Shown here: piece after piece, positions 56,074 to 64,000 of the stretch
How the letters are laid out: the number at the start of each line of letters is the position of its first letter
How positions within the stretch are numbered: position 1 is the stretch's first letter
Assembly: GCA_034721895.1 (NCBI GenBank)
Contig: JAYEND010000099.1
Coordinates: forward strand, 521 to 64,520
DNA from: Campylobacterota bacterium
Lineage (GTDB): Bacteria > Campylobacterota > Campylobacteria > Campylobacterales > Sulfurovaceae
Reading direction: 5' to 3'
DNA length: 64,000 nt
Notes under the pieces: model-generated
Database searches by the model: none
What the model saw: only the letters and a program-made list of their open reading frames with translations
What the model was told of the DNA's origin: nothing
Position numbers and translations under genes: made by a program

Positions 56074-56504
56074 ATTAATAACCCAGCACCATCCATCGGC
56101 GTGCTGCGATCAGCTGCATAGATTCTTTTTCCATTCACAACATCATATTTCCAGATAGGGGCATTGGCTTTGAAATCTTCGACAAATTCATCGATCAGTT
56201 CAAGTGCCACTCTACGTTTTGGGGAAAATACTGCCGAGATATAGGAGGAAGTGTGTATCGGAACATTTCCCATCGCGTGGGCCATTTTAACGATCGCACC
56301 CTTTTTGGCTGCCCTCTCCTGCCATTCATCGAACCATTTCTGAAGAATCGGCTCATAAATATCAAAACTGAGTGCCTCTATCCCATTCTCTGCCCGTATC
56401 GTACCGACAAAAGGGATATAGGCACCATAGTTCGATTCAGCCTGTTCATCCAGCCATCTGCCAAAGATCTCTTTGACATTCAGCGGCCCCTGATAGAGTT
56501 CCAT
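56070..56504 (-). CDS. moaE: molybdopterin synthase catalytic subunit MoaE
   Basis: 144 aa with ...GAYIPFVGTIR and APIWKYD. Confidence 0.9.
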   Translation of the reverse strand: MELYQGPLNVKEIFGRWLDEQAESNYGAYIPFVGTIRAENGIEALSFDIYEPILQKWFDEWQERAAKKGAIVKMAHAMGNVPIHTSSYISAVFSPKRRVALELIDEFVEDFKANAPIWKYDVVNGKRIYAADRSTPMDGAGLLM

Positions 56505-56507
56505 CCC

Positions 56508-56729
56508 TTATCCGCCACAAACAGGGGGCAGGATAGAGATTTTGTCACCTGTCTTCAAAGGTGTTTCCAGATCACTGACCATGGTATCATTGAGCGCAAC
56601 AGCACATTTGGGGAGCCATGATGAGAGAGTTTCGTCCTTTTTCAACGTATCAGAAACTTCTCTGAGTGTTGCAGCTTCTATCTCCAAAGGTGCTTTACCG
56701 ATAGGACCTAAAAATTCTATTTTTACCAT
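56508..56729 (-). CDS. moaD: molybdopterin synthase sulfur-carrier subunit MoaD
   Basis: 73 aa; ubiquitin-like protein ending ...ILPPVCGG. Confidence 0.88.
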   Translation of the reverse strand: MVKIEFLGPIGKAPLEIEAATLREVSDTLKKDETLSSWLPKCAVALNDTMVSDLETPLKTGDKISILPPVCGG

Positions 56730-56872
56730 ATCTTCTCACTTTTAGATATCTAAAAGAGCTGATATCTTTTTAGTTATATTTTCGGTTGATTATAAAAGCT
56801 CTTCTCTATAATCACGCTTAAGGGTACCTCTAAAGTACCCTTCTGCTATACTTTCTCAAAAAAAGGCTCTGT

Positions 56873-57526
56873 GTGATCTTTGGCTCTATCAGCTATCTCA
56901 ATCTTCTGCCCTTTCAAGTCTTCCTTAAACGTGCAGTACCAAATTCACAATTCAAACAATCGATCAGATACAGAAGGGGTGTCCCCAGTCGCATCAACAG
57001 CGCCTTTCAAAAACACACTATCAATGCCGCTTTTATTTCCAGTGTCACCTCATCCAAATGCCGCTGTACTGACCTGGGTATCATCGCAGATGGCCCTGTC
57101 TACAGCGTTTTTGTCATACCCGGAGAAAATGAGATCGACCGTGAATCAGCCTCTTCCAATGTTCTGGCACACATTCTGGGATTACAGGGGAAAATCATCA
57201 TCGGAGATAAAGCACTGCAACATTTTTTATCAGGCGGAGAAGGAATCGATCTCGCCCGGCAATGGAAAAAAGAAACCGGTCTTCCTTTTGTATTTGCCCG
57301 GTTATGCTACAACGATTATGGGAGAGAAGTCAAATCGCTTGCTGTCAATTTTGCAAAACAGAAAATCAGAGTTCCGCAGACCATCCTCAAAAAAGAGGCA
57401 AAAAAGAGAGGGATCACCCCAAAAGAGCTTCTTTGGTATCTTGATCACATCAAATATAAAATGGATCATCAGGCAAAAAAGTCATTGAAACTGTTTTTAA
57501 AGAAGAGTAAAAAAATCACGGCTTAG
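56873..57526 (+). CDS. mqnA: MqnA-family menaquinone (futalosine pathway) protein, chorismate dehydratase-like
   Basis: 217 aa, [19 protein letters not shown]...SRINSAF...GDKAL...[12 protein letters not shown] start. Confidence 0.65.
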   Translation: MIFGSISYLNLLPFQVFLKRAVPNSQFKQSIRYRRGVPSRINSAFQKHTINAAFISSVTSSKCRCTDLGIIADGPVYSVFVIPGENEIDRESASSNVLAHILGLQGKIIIGDKALQHFLSGGEGIDLARQWKKETGLPFVFARLCYNDYGREVKSLAVNFAKQKIRVPQTILKKEAKKRGITPKELLWYLDHIKYKMDHQAKKSLKLFLKKSKKITA

Positions 57527-58088
57527 TGTTTTTCAGAATTCTCGGCAGAGTGATCCCCGTTTGGCTCTGATATTTTCCTTTACGGTCACGATAGGTCGTT
57601 TCGCACTTCTCATCCCCTTGAAGAAAGAGTACCTGTGCTATCCCTTCATTGGCATAGATCTTTGCCGGAAGGGGTGTAGTATTGGATATTTCGATGGTTA
57701 TATGCCCTTCAAAACCAGGTTCAAACGGGGTCACATTGACGATGATCCCACAACGGGCATAGGTACTTTTCCCAAGGCAGATCGCCAGAGTATCTTCGGG
57801 CATTTTGAAATATTCGATGGTACGAGCCAATGCAAAAGAATTAGGTGGAACGATACAGACATCTCCTTTAAAGTCAACGACATTGTTTTCTCTGAAATCT
57901 TTTGGATCGACCACTTCGGCATTGATATTGGTAAAGATCTTGAATTCATCACTGACACGGATATCATATCCGTAACTGCTCAAACCATAGCTGACAACGC
58001 CTTCTCCTACCAATCCTTCACAAAAGGGGGTGATCATCTCCTCATTGAGTGATTTTTCCCGTATCCACTTATCTGATTTCAATCCCAT
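57516..58088 (-). CDS. dcd: dCTP deaminase
   Basis: 190 aa with [20 protein letters not shown] and [12 protein letters not shown]. Confidence 0.93.
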   Translation of the reverse strand: MGLKSDKWIREKSLNEEMITPFCEGLVGEGVVSYGLSSYGYDIRVSDEFKIFTNINAEVVDPKDFRENNVVDFKGDVCIVPPNSFALARTIEYFKMPEDTLAICLGKSTYARCGIIVNVTPFEPGFEGHITIEISNTTPLPAKIYANEGIAQVLFLQGDEKCETTYRDRKGKYQSQTGITLPRILKNTKP

Positions 58089-58196
58089 TGTTTTGATTCC
58101 TTTTTGATGAAAAATAGCAAAAGTGGTCTTTTTTATAGGTAGCCACTGTAAATTGATTATGATATTATATCGAATTAAATTTATGCGGGAGACAGA

Positions 58197-58658
58197 ATGA
58201 AACTTGATGAGATTAAAGAACTGATGAAACTATTTGGAAAAAGTAAACTGGGAAAAATAAAAATCAGACAGAAGGATTTTGAGATCGAGATGGTCAAAGA
58301 GTCTGGCACCATCGTCGCAAAAGCTGCGCCAAAGGCTCTTACTGTTACCACTGAATCATCAGCAGTTCCAGTGGCAACAGTAAGCACTATATCTACTGTT
58401 GAGAGCGAGAAGGTTTCAGGCGAAACCATCACTTCTCCTGTGATTGGAACATATTATGCCTCTCCGTCACCCGATTCCCCGGCTTTTGTTCAGGTAGGTG
58501 ATACCGTAGAGAAAGGAACCGTTCTATGTATTCTCGAAGCGATGAAGATCATGAATGAACTTAAAGCAGAGTATGATTGTAAAATTCTGGACATCCTGGT
58601 CAACGATGGTGACCCTGTAGAGTATGACAAACCACTCTTTATCATAGAAAAAATGTAG
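58197..58658 (+). CDS. accB: acetyl-CoA carboxylase biotin carboxyl carrier protein
   Basis: 153 aa. Ala/Pro/Val-rich linker and biotinylation motif [12 protein letters not shown]. Confidence 0.95.
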   Translation: MKLDEIKELMKLFGKSKLGKIKIRQKDFEIEMVKESGTIVAKAAPKALTVTTESSAVPVATVSTISTVESEKVSGETITSPVIGTYYASPSPDSPAFVQVGDTVEKGTVLCILEAMKIMNELKAEYDCKILDILVNDGDPVEYDKPLFIIEKM

Positions 58659-58661
58659 CGT

Positions 58662-58700
58662 ATGGCAAAGATCAAGAGAGTATTGATTGGCAACAGAGGG
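58662..58700 (+). pseudogene. 13-codon remnant resembling the start of accC (biotin carboxylase)
   Basis: ATG 3 nt after the accB stop encodes MAKIKRVLIGNRG, compared with the canonical AccC N-terminus M..I.K.LIANRGEIA. Similarity stops about 8 nt before the convergent gltX stop codon. Confidence 0.4.
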
Positions 58701-58708
58701 AGGAGTTG

Positions 58709-60106
58709 CTACTCACTATTTACGATAAATGCAATGGCTTTCTCAATTCGCTGAACTGTTTCTTCCATCCCTATAATTGCCATAACTTCATCCAGTCCGG
58801 AACCTGTCATGGCGCCAAGCAGGCTGACTCTTAACGGCTGTCCGATCTTCCCGAAACCGATCTCTTTAGTTTCCACAAACGTCTCCAGCACAGCATGATA
58901 ATCGCTTGGAAGGTGCAGCTCTTCATCCCAGCTTTGCAACAGTTCGGAAAAACCCTTTAATATCTCAGGTGCTTCACCCTTAAAAGCTTTTTTTGCGGCT
59001 TTGGCATCATACTCTTTGGGTGCCGTTAAAACCAGGTTGATCTGCCCTGCCAATTCTACCAGTGTCTTGCCGCGCTCTTTCGTTGCATCCAAAAGAATTT
59101 CGAGCTTATCATGTCCTTCGATCTCTACCCCATACGATTTGAGTTCTATGGCCAATTTCTCATTTGGCATATTTTTGATATAGTGGGAATTGAGCCAGAG
59201 CAATTTATCCAGATTGTAGCTGGAAGCACTTTTGTTGATATCTTTGGGATCAAAAAGTTCGATCATCTCTTCAAGGGAGAATATCTCCTGATCTCCGTAA
59301 CTCCACCCCTGTCTGACCAGAAAGTTAAGAAGCGCTTCAGGCAGAAAGCCCATCTTCTGATACTCCATAACATCTGTCGCACCATCACGTTTTGAAAGCT
59401 TTTTCCCCTGTTCGTTGTTGATCATGGCAACATGATAAAAACGTGGCAATGCAAATCCCAATGCCTCATACACAACGATCTGCTTGGGCGTGTTATAAAG
59501 ATGGTCATCCCCCCGGATCACATCCGTCAAACCCATCAGCGCATCATCGATCGCTACGACAAAATTATAGGTTGGCGTACCGTCACTCCGGGCAATAATA
59601 AAATCATCCACTTCATCTGCGGCGATACAAATTTCACCTTTTACCCCATCCTCAAAGATAATTTCACCATCCAGTGGTGCCTTGATACGGACTACCGACT
59701 CGATATTTTCGGGGGGCATGCCGTAAAAATCCCTGTAACGTCCGTCATATCTCGGACGCTCCTTTCGCGCCATCTGCTCTTCACGCAGCGCATCCAACTC
59801 CTCTCTGCTCATATAGCAGCGGTAAGCTTTCCCCTCTTCAAGAAGTTGATCAATATATTTTTTATAAAGGTCGAAACGCCTGGATTGGTAAATCACTTCA
59901 GCGTCATAATCCATTCCTGCCCAGTCAAAGGCCTGAATAATCGCCTGCAGAGCCCCATCGCTGTTACGCGAGAGATCAGTATCTTCGATTCTCAGAAGAA
60001 ATTTTCCCTTATTTTTACGCGCCCAGAGCCAAGAAAAAAGTGCTGTTCTCAAGCCTCCGATATGCAGATATCCTGTTGGTGAAGGTGCAAATCGTGTTAT
60101 TGTCAT
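58709..60106 (-). CDS. gltX: glutamate--tRNA ligase
   Basis: 465 aa with MTITRFAPSPTGYLHIGGLRTALF (HIGH) and KLSKR (KMSKS). Confidence 0.93.
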   Translation of the reverse strand: MTITRFAPSPTGYLHIGGLRTALFSWLWARKNKGKFLLRIEDTDLSRNSDGALQAIIQAFDWAGMDYDAEVIYQSRRFDLYKKYIDQLLEEGKAYRCYMSREELDALREEQMARKERPRYDGRYRDFYGMPPENIESVVRIKAPLDGEIIFEDGVKGEICIAADEVDDFIIARSDGTPTYNFVVAIDDALMGLTDVIRGDDHLYNTPKQIVVYEALGFALPRFYHVAMINNEQGKKLSKRDGATDVMEYQKMGFLPEALLNFLVRQGWSYGDQEIFSLEEMIELFDPKDINKSASSYNLDKLLWLNSHYIKNMPNEKLAIELKSYGVEIEGHDKLEILLDATKERGKTLVELAGQINLVLTAPKEYDAKAAKKAFKGEAPEILKGFSELLQSWDEELHLPSDYHAVLETFVETKEIGFGKIGQPLRVSLLGAMTGSGLDEVMAIIGMEETVQRIEKAIAFIVNSE

Positions 60107-60204
60107 GATATATTGCCTTAAAATAGATATTGAATTGTATCAAAGTTGTGGTTAAAGAGGATTATACGATGTGTTACAGACAGAGGAGAAAGCTCTCCTC
60201 TGTC

Positions 60205-60507
60205 TTAATTCTTCTTGACTACTTTCTTTTTCGCTTTTGACTTGCTCTTGGGCTTATTCGCTTTTTTCACATCTTTTTTGACATTATCTGCCAGTGATGG
60301 ACCTACACCATTGACTCTCTGAAAATCTTCAAAAGATTTGAATTGACCCTTTTTCCGCTCCTTGATAATTGCTTCAGCTTTCGCTTCACCAATACCATTA
60401 ATCTCCATCAACTCCTGCTTGTCTGCCTTGTTTAACTGGTTGAGGCTCATACCGAAAACACTGGTCGTTGCCAAAATCAGAAAACCTGTAATGATCTTTT
60501 TGAACAT
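60205..60507 (-). CDS. comEA: ComEA-family helix-hairpin-helix DNA-binding protein
   Basis: 100 aa from Met 60507. Signal/TM, then LMEINGIGEAKAEAII...FQRVNGVGPSLADNV (two HhH motifs) and a Lys-rich tail. Confidence 0.75.
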   Translation of the reverse strand: MFKKIITGFLILATTSVFGMSLNQLNKADKQELMEINGIGEAKAEAIIKERKKGQFKSFEDFQRVNGVGPSLADNVKKDVKKANKPKSKSKAKKKVVKKN

Positions 60508-60687
60508 TACTACTCCTTTTAGTAAAATTTGCGTCACTTCAATAAGATGACAAAAAGATTTTATCAATATTTTCTTACAATAGGTGGCAATATTGCATTT
60601 TGACATGTTTTATATTAGTACTTATTACTGATTTGCTGCCCAATTTGAAGTCCGGTATGCTAAAATTCTTTGCAAAAAGGCTGAAAT

Positions 60688-61707
60688 GTGGATAAACTGT
60701 GGTGGATAGCTAGTGGTACATTGATTACTTCTTTCGTTATTCAGATTATTGTTATCTACCTTTCCCATAAGCATGATTTCTTCATTGATTCCCATACGGA
60801 TGAGAAACCTCAGAATTTCCACACCTTTTCGACACCAAGGGCGGGGGGTATCGGTATCGTCGTCGCCATGCTCTCTCTCCTGCTGACGCCACTTGGCTGG
60901 AAACTTTTTCTTTCTGTTCTTCTGGCCTTTGCCAGCGGTATTGTTGAAGATTTTCATCTTTCCGTCAAACCGAAAACGCGTCTGCTCCTTCAGTTTGTCG
61001 CTGCCACAGGAGCTGTCCTCCTGACACATTCTGTCGTGACCTATCTGGGATTTGGTATTTATTTGCCTTATTGGCTGGGCGTGGTTTTTAGTATCTTTGC
61101 GATCATTGGAATGATGAATGCCGTCAATATCATCGATGGCTTCAACGGATTGGCTTCCGGCATCATCCTATTGATACTTCTCTCTTTCGGACTCGTTTCA
61201 GACAAAGTAGGAGATACTCAAATCCTGGCTATCATTGTGGTAACTGCTTCGGCAGTATTCGGTTTTTTCCTGCTCAATTTTCCAAAGGGAAAAATATTTC
61301 TGGGAGACGGTGGAGCCTATCTTCTAGGATTTATGGCGGCACTTACCGGTATCTTTCTTGCCGGAAATTATGAAAAAGTAAGCCCCTGGTTCATACTCGC
61401 CGTATTAATTTATCCTGCATGGGAAGTACTTTTTTCTGTTTACAGGAAAATGAAAGCGGGCAGATCCCCTCTCGAGCCGGACCCCTACCATATGCATATG
61501 CTTATTTATCGACATGTGACACACAACAATCCCCTGACTGCTGTAGTCATTCTGGCAGGTGTTGGCCCGTTTATACTGCTTCCTGCCCTCTATGCCAACA
61601 ATTCAGGAGCCAACTTTGCCACATCACTGATATTTATCATCTTCTATACTCTGCTCTACCGATATCTTTATCGGAAAGAAACTGCCAGGAACCAGGAAGA
61701 GAGATAG
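60688..61707 (+). CDS. glycosyltransferase family 4 (MraY/WecA-like polyprenyl-phosphate HexNAc-1-phosphate transferase)
   Basis: 339 aa and multi-TM with ...NAVNIIDGFNGLASG...LGDGGAYLLGF. GTG start. Confidence 0.8.
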   Translation: MDKLWWIASGTLITSFVIQIIVIYLSHKHDFFIDSHTDEKPQNFHTFSTPRAGGIGIVVAMLSLLLTPLGWKLFLSVLLAFASGIVEDFHLSVKPKTRLLLQFVAATGAVLLTHSVVTYLGFGIYLPYWLGVVFSIFAIIGMMNAVNIIDGFNGLASGIILLILLSFGLVSDKVGDTQILAIIVVTASAVFGFFLLNFPKGKIFLGDGGAYLLGFMAALTGIFLAGNYEKVSPWFILAVLIYPAWEVLFSVYRKMKAGRSPLEPDPYHMHMLIYRHVTHNNPLTAVVILAGVGPFILLPALYANNSGANFATSLIFIIFYTLLYRYLYRKETARNQEER

Positions 61708-63810
61708 CTATATCTTCAGTTTGTATATTTTCGTCATTGGATCCAAAATAACCGGTTCAAAAAGATTCTGATCATACTTTTCCAAAACAAACATTTGGAT
61801 AAAAAGCGAATTGAGATAGGACTCATCCATTATAAGAAACGTACGATAACTGCTCATATAGATGACAGAGAGTCTGCCTGAGGGATTCAGTGTTGCCTGA
61901 TCAACCTTGACTTTACCCTCTTTGGTATATCCCACAGTGATATACTTGCCGATATCTACTTTTTCGCTGCCTATCTGCAGTTTGTTCTCTTTTGTCAACA
62001 ATGCAAGATTCTGCCCCAACAATATGACATCTTTCTCTTGTTTAAAATACTGAGTCGAATAGAAAAACGGTTTACTCAAAGCCTTCCCTGTATTCAAATC
62101 CAGATTGCTGAAAAGTTTGACCGTAGGAAGGATGCGCATCATACGCCAGGGAAAATAGAGATAGACATCTCTTGTCTTGGGGGGCATTGCAACATCACCA
62201 TAGCGCAGTTCATCGAGATAATCATTCACATTGACCTGCTCTGCTGTATTGTTCTTGAAGAGCGTATCTGTAATAAGTTGATAATTCGAAGACACATATC
62301 CTTCTACTGCCAACCGTGAAAGACGCGCAGCCTCCAAAGGTGATGATGTCAGCATGATCTCCGAAACGATAAAGTTGTCATTATTGTGCTTACCACCGTC
62401 GATCAGAGTATTCTTATCCGCATAATACCAGATGGGATATCCATAATCCCACCAAGTCACCACATAGTCTTTTGAGGATGAGTTGGCTTTGAGTTTGTCC
62501 AGAACCGTTACTTCCTGCTTATTGAGAACTGTCGGGACTTTATATCCGATAATATGGGCAATATTCGGATAAATCATCACTGCTGTAAAAGACGCCAATA
62601 CAAGATAATAAATTCTTCTGTCCTGTGCATAGGAAGCAATAATATGAAAAAGATAAACGGCACTGATAGCTGCCATAGGTACCGCATAGACGGTGAAACG
62701 CAATCCGCCCACCAAAGAGAAGAGGCCGATCCCGATCAGCGGCAATGCCAAAATAAACTCTTTGTGTCTTATCACCAGGACCACATATCCTGCAAGCGCC
62801 AGCAACACGCCCCATACCGAGCCTGAGATGCGATTGGCCATCACATCAAAAGGAATGATCCCCGCTTCGCGTATCGTCTGGGAAACCTGAAGAAATTTCA
62901 ACCCCTGGTCCACAGTCCCCCGTTCAAAATAGTTGGCAATTTTAGCAAGGACAAGTCCATGCACATTACCGGTATAGAGAAAAATCGGTACCAGAACTAC
63001 TGAACCGTAAATTGCCTGCTTGGCTGTGATCATCTTTTTTTCTAATGCCAAATAGACCAGGACGATAGCCAAAAACTGGCCCCAAAAGTTAAAATGTATC
63101 AATCCGATGGTGATCAACAAAATAGAGCGATAGGTAAAGTCATCTTTGCGATGAAAGAGAATCATATAGCCCATATAGAGCAGCCCCATCGCATAGACGA
63201 TCGTACGTCCCTGGTCATACAAAAACGGATAGATCAGAAAGGCGAGCGCACTGAGTAGTGCATAGATCCTCTTTTCTGTTTTGATCGTTGCCAGCAAAAA
63301 GTAGAGGATAAACATCGGTGCCATGGCCGAAAACATATCCGTATCAAAATAGCCTATCATCGTACGGTTATAATAACTCCAGGCAATAGAACCCAAAAGA
63401 GCAGCAAAAAAGCCAACCTGAATCATCCCAAAAAGACGCCCTATCAAAATCATAGGGATCACAACCAAACTCGAGATGATCGCCGGCATATAAAGTATCG
63501 CGGTATCCAGAGAAAAAGGTAAATATTTGGCCGTAAATGCTGATAATGTCACTGTAGCCGTATAGAAAAGTTCAGGAACACGGGGATTGTACTGAAGTGT
63601 CCCCTCCAGCCACTTCTGAGCCCCGGAAGCAAAAAAATACCCATCATTGGTATTGATCATCAGTTGCCCATGCCACATAAACGACTCATTCCCCTGAAAC
63701 TGATAGACCCAGATCATACGTATTGCAAAACTGAAAATATAGGCAATACCTATTAAAATCAAAGTATACTTTAGTGTGACCTTCTCACTGCTTTCTCGAT
63801 CGTTATGCAT
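61708..63810 (-). CDS. pglB: oligosaccharyltransferase PglB (STT3 family)
   Basis: 700 aa with about 13 TM helices, a periplasmic domain carrying WWDYGYPIWYY (WWDYG) and LIDGGKH (DGGK). Confidence 0.9.
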   Translation of the reverse strand: MHNDRESSEKVTLKYTLILIGIAYIFSFAIRMIWVYQFQGNESFMWHGQLMINTNDGYFFASGAQKWLEGTLQYNPRVPELFYTATVTLSAFTAKYLPFSLDTAILYMPAIISSLVVIPMILIGRLFGMIQVGFFAALLGSIAWSYYNRTMIGYFDTDMFSAMAPMFILYFLLATIKTEKRIYALLSALAFLIYPFLYDQGRTIVYAMGLLYMGYMILFHRKDDFTYRSILLITIGLIHFNFWGQFLAIVLVYLALEKKMITAKQAIYGSVVLVPIFLYTGNVHGLVLAKIANYFERGTVDQGLKFLQVSQTIREAGIIPFDVMANRISGSVWGVLLALAGYVVLVIRHKEFILALPLIGIGLFSLVGGLRFTVYAVPMAAISAVYLFHIIASYAQDRRIYYLVLASFTAVMIYPNIAHIIGYKVPTVLNKQEVTVLDKLKANSSSKDYVVTWWDYGYPIWYYADKNTLIDGGKHNNDNFIVSEIMLTSSPLEAARLSRLAVEGYVSSNYQLITDTLFKNNTAEQVNVNDYLDELRYGDVAMPPKTRDVYLYFPWRMMRILPTVKLFSNLDLNTGKALSKPFFYSTQYFKQEKDVILLGQNLALLTKENKLQIGSEKVDIGKYITVGYTKEGKVKVDQATLNPSGRLSVIYMSSYRTFLIMDESYLNSLFIQMFVLEKYDQNLFEPVILDPMTKIYKLKI

Positions 63811-63830
63811 TATTCCCTCTACTACTGTTA

Positions 63831-64000
63831 TTATTTATATTTTAAAATACTTTTGTAAGTATACCACCCAAAGTAATATACCGCTTTATACATTGGAAGT
63901 TTTTCTATCTCACGGTACATTTTCCAGTTATATTTACTTACAGCAATTTTGTTGCTGGACAAAGAACTTGTGCGTACCCTATAATATGCCAACGGCTCAT
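63831..64000 (-). CDS. 3' end of a glycosyltransferase (GT2-like C-terminus), partial
   Basis: Hand translation gives ...EPLAYYRVRTSSLSSNKIAVSKYNWKMYREIEKLPMYKAVYYFGWYTYKSILKYK*. The YRxRxxSxS tail is typical of GT2 enzymes. The gene continues beyond the window. Confidence 0.5.
   Translation of the reverse strand, partial: EPLAYYRVRTSSLSSNKIAVSKYNWKMYREIEKLPMYKAVYYFGWYTYKSILKYK

Noticed and set aside
56730-56872. Looked for a Moco riboswitch upstream of moaD, a TPP riboswitch near thiG (1357-1433) and a preQ1 riboswitch near queF
   Set aside because: No conserved riboswitch core sequences are visible. The spacers are too short or are occupied by simple hairpins (for example AAGGGTAC...GTACCCTT at about 56820-56843). 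A definitive exclusion needs cmsearch.
56880-57488. 202-aa same-strand ORF in an alternative frame of mqnA
   Set aside because: The 56873 frame gives the MqnA-like sequence (ISYLNLLPF...). The alternative frame is Ser/Pro/Lys-rich with no family resemblance and no SD.

Overview
This is a 64-kb chromosomal window that looks like a Campylobacterota (epsilonproteobacterial) genome. The evidence is separate rpoB and rpoC, a futalosine-pathway MqnA, a PglB oligosaccharyltransferase with WWDYG, a compact NFACT/RqcH homologue and AT-rich intergenic DNA. A Sulfurovum/Nitratiruptor-like organism is only a guess. The content is mostly housekeeping. It includes thiG, purN, purT, rpsU, an anchor-less sdhAB/frdAB pair and a modE-porin-modA-TOBE-modBC molybdate locus. 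It also includes leuC, cdsA-dxr, tsaD, gyrB, queF and the classic block tRNA(Thr-Tyr-Gly-Thr)-tuf-rpmG-tRNA(Trp)-secE-nusG-rplKAJL-rpoBC-rpsLG-fusA. Further on come moeA-moaED, mqnA, dcd, accB, gltX, comEA and the start of an N-glycosylation (pgl) locus. I found no rRNA, CRISPR array, transposase, integrase or recognisable defence system. The most unusual signal is in the non-coding DNA. (1) A composite intergenic element (7-bp tandem array, covarying hairpin, 7-bp tandem array) is present in four copies. (2) Two copies abut perfect hairpins that bury the SD and start codon of the downstream gene. (3) GTAG-headed REP doublets (REPIN-like) supply the stop codons of flanking genes. (4) A GTTCC-hairpin family includes a ~170-nt nested, cloverleaf-like structure. 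Protein-level items of unknown function are a PA2778/PA2779-type lipoprotein peptidase pair in a G+C-rich islet, a DUF255-DUF309-SagB-like operon, a CI/S24 repressor module and a 13-codon accC remnant. All family calls come from reading the translations by eye; no searches were run.
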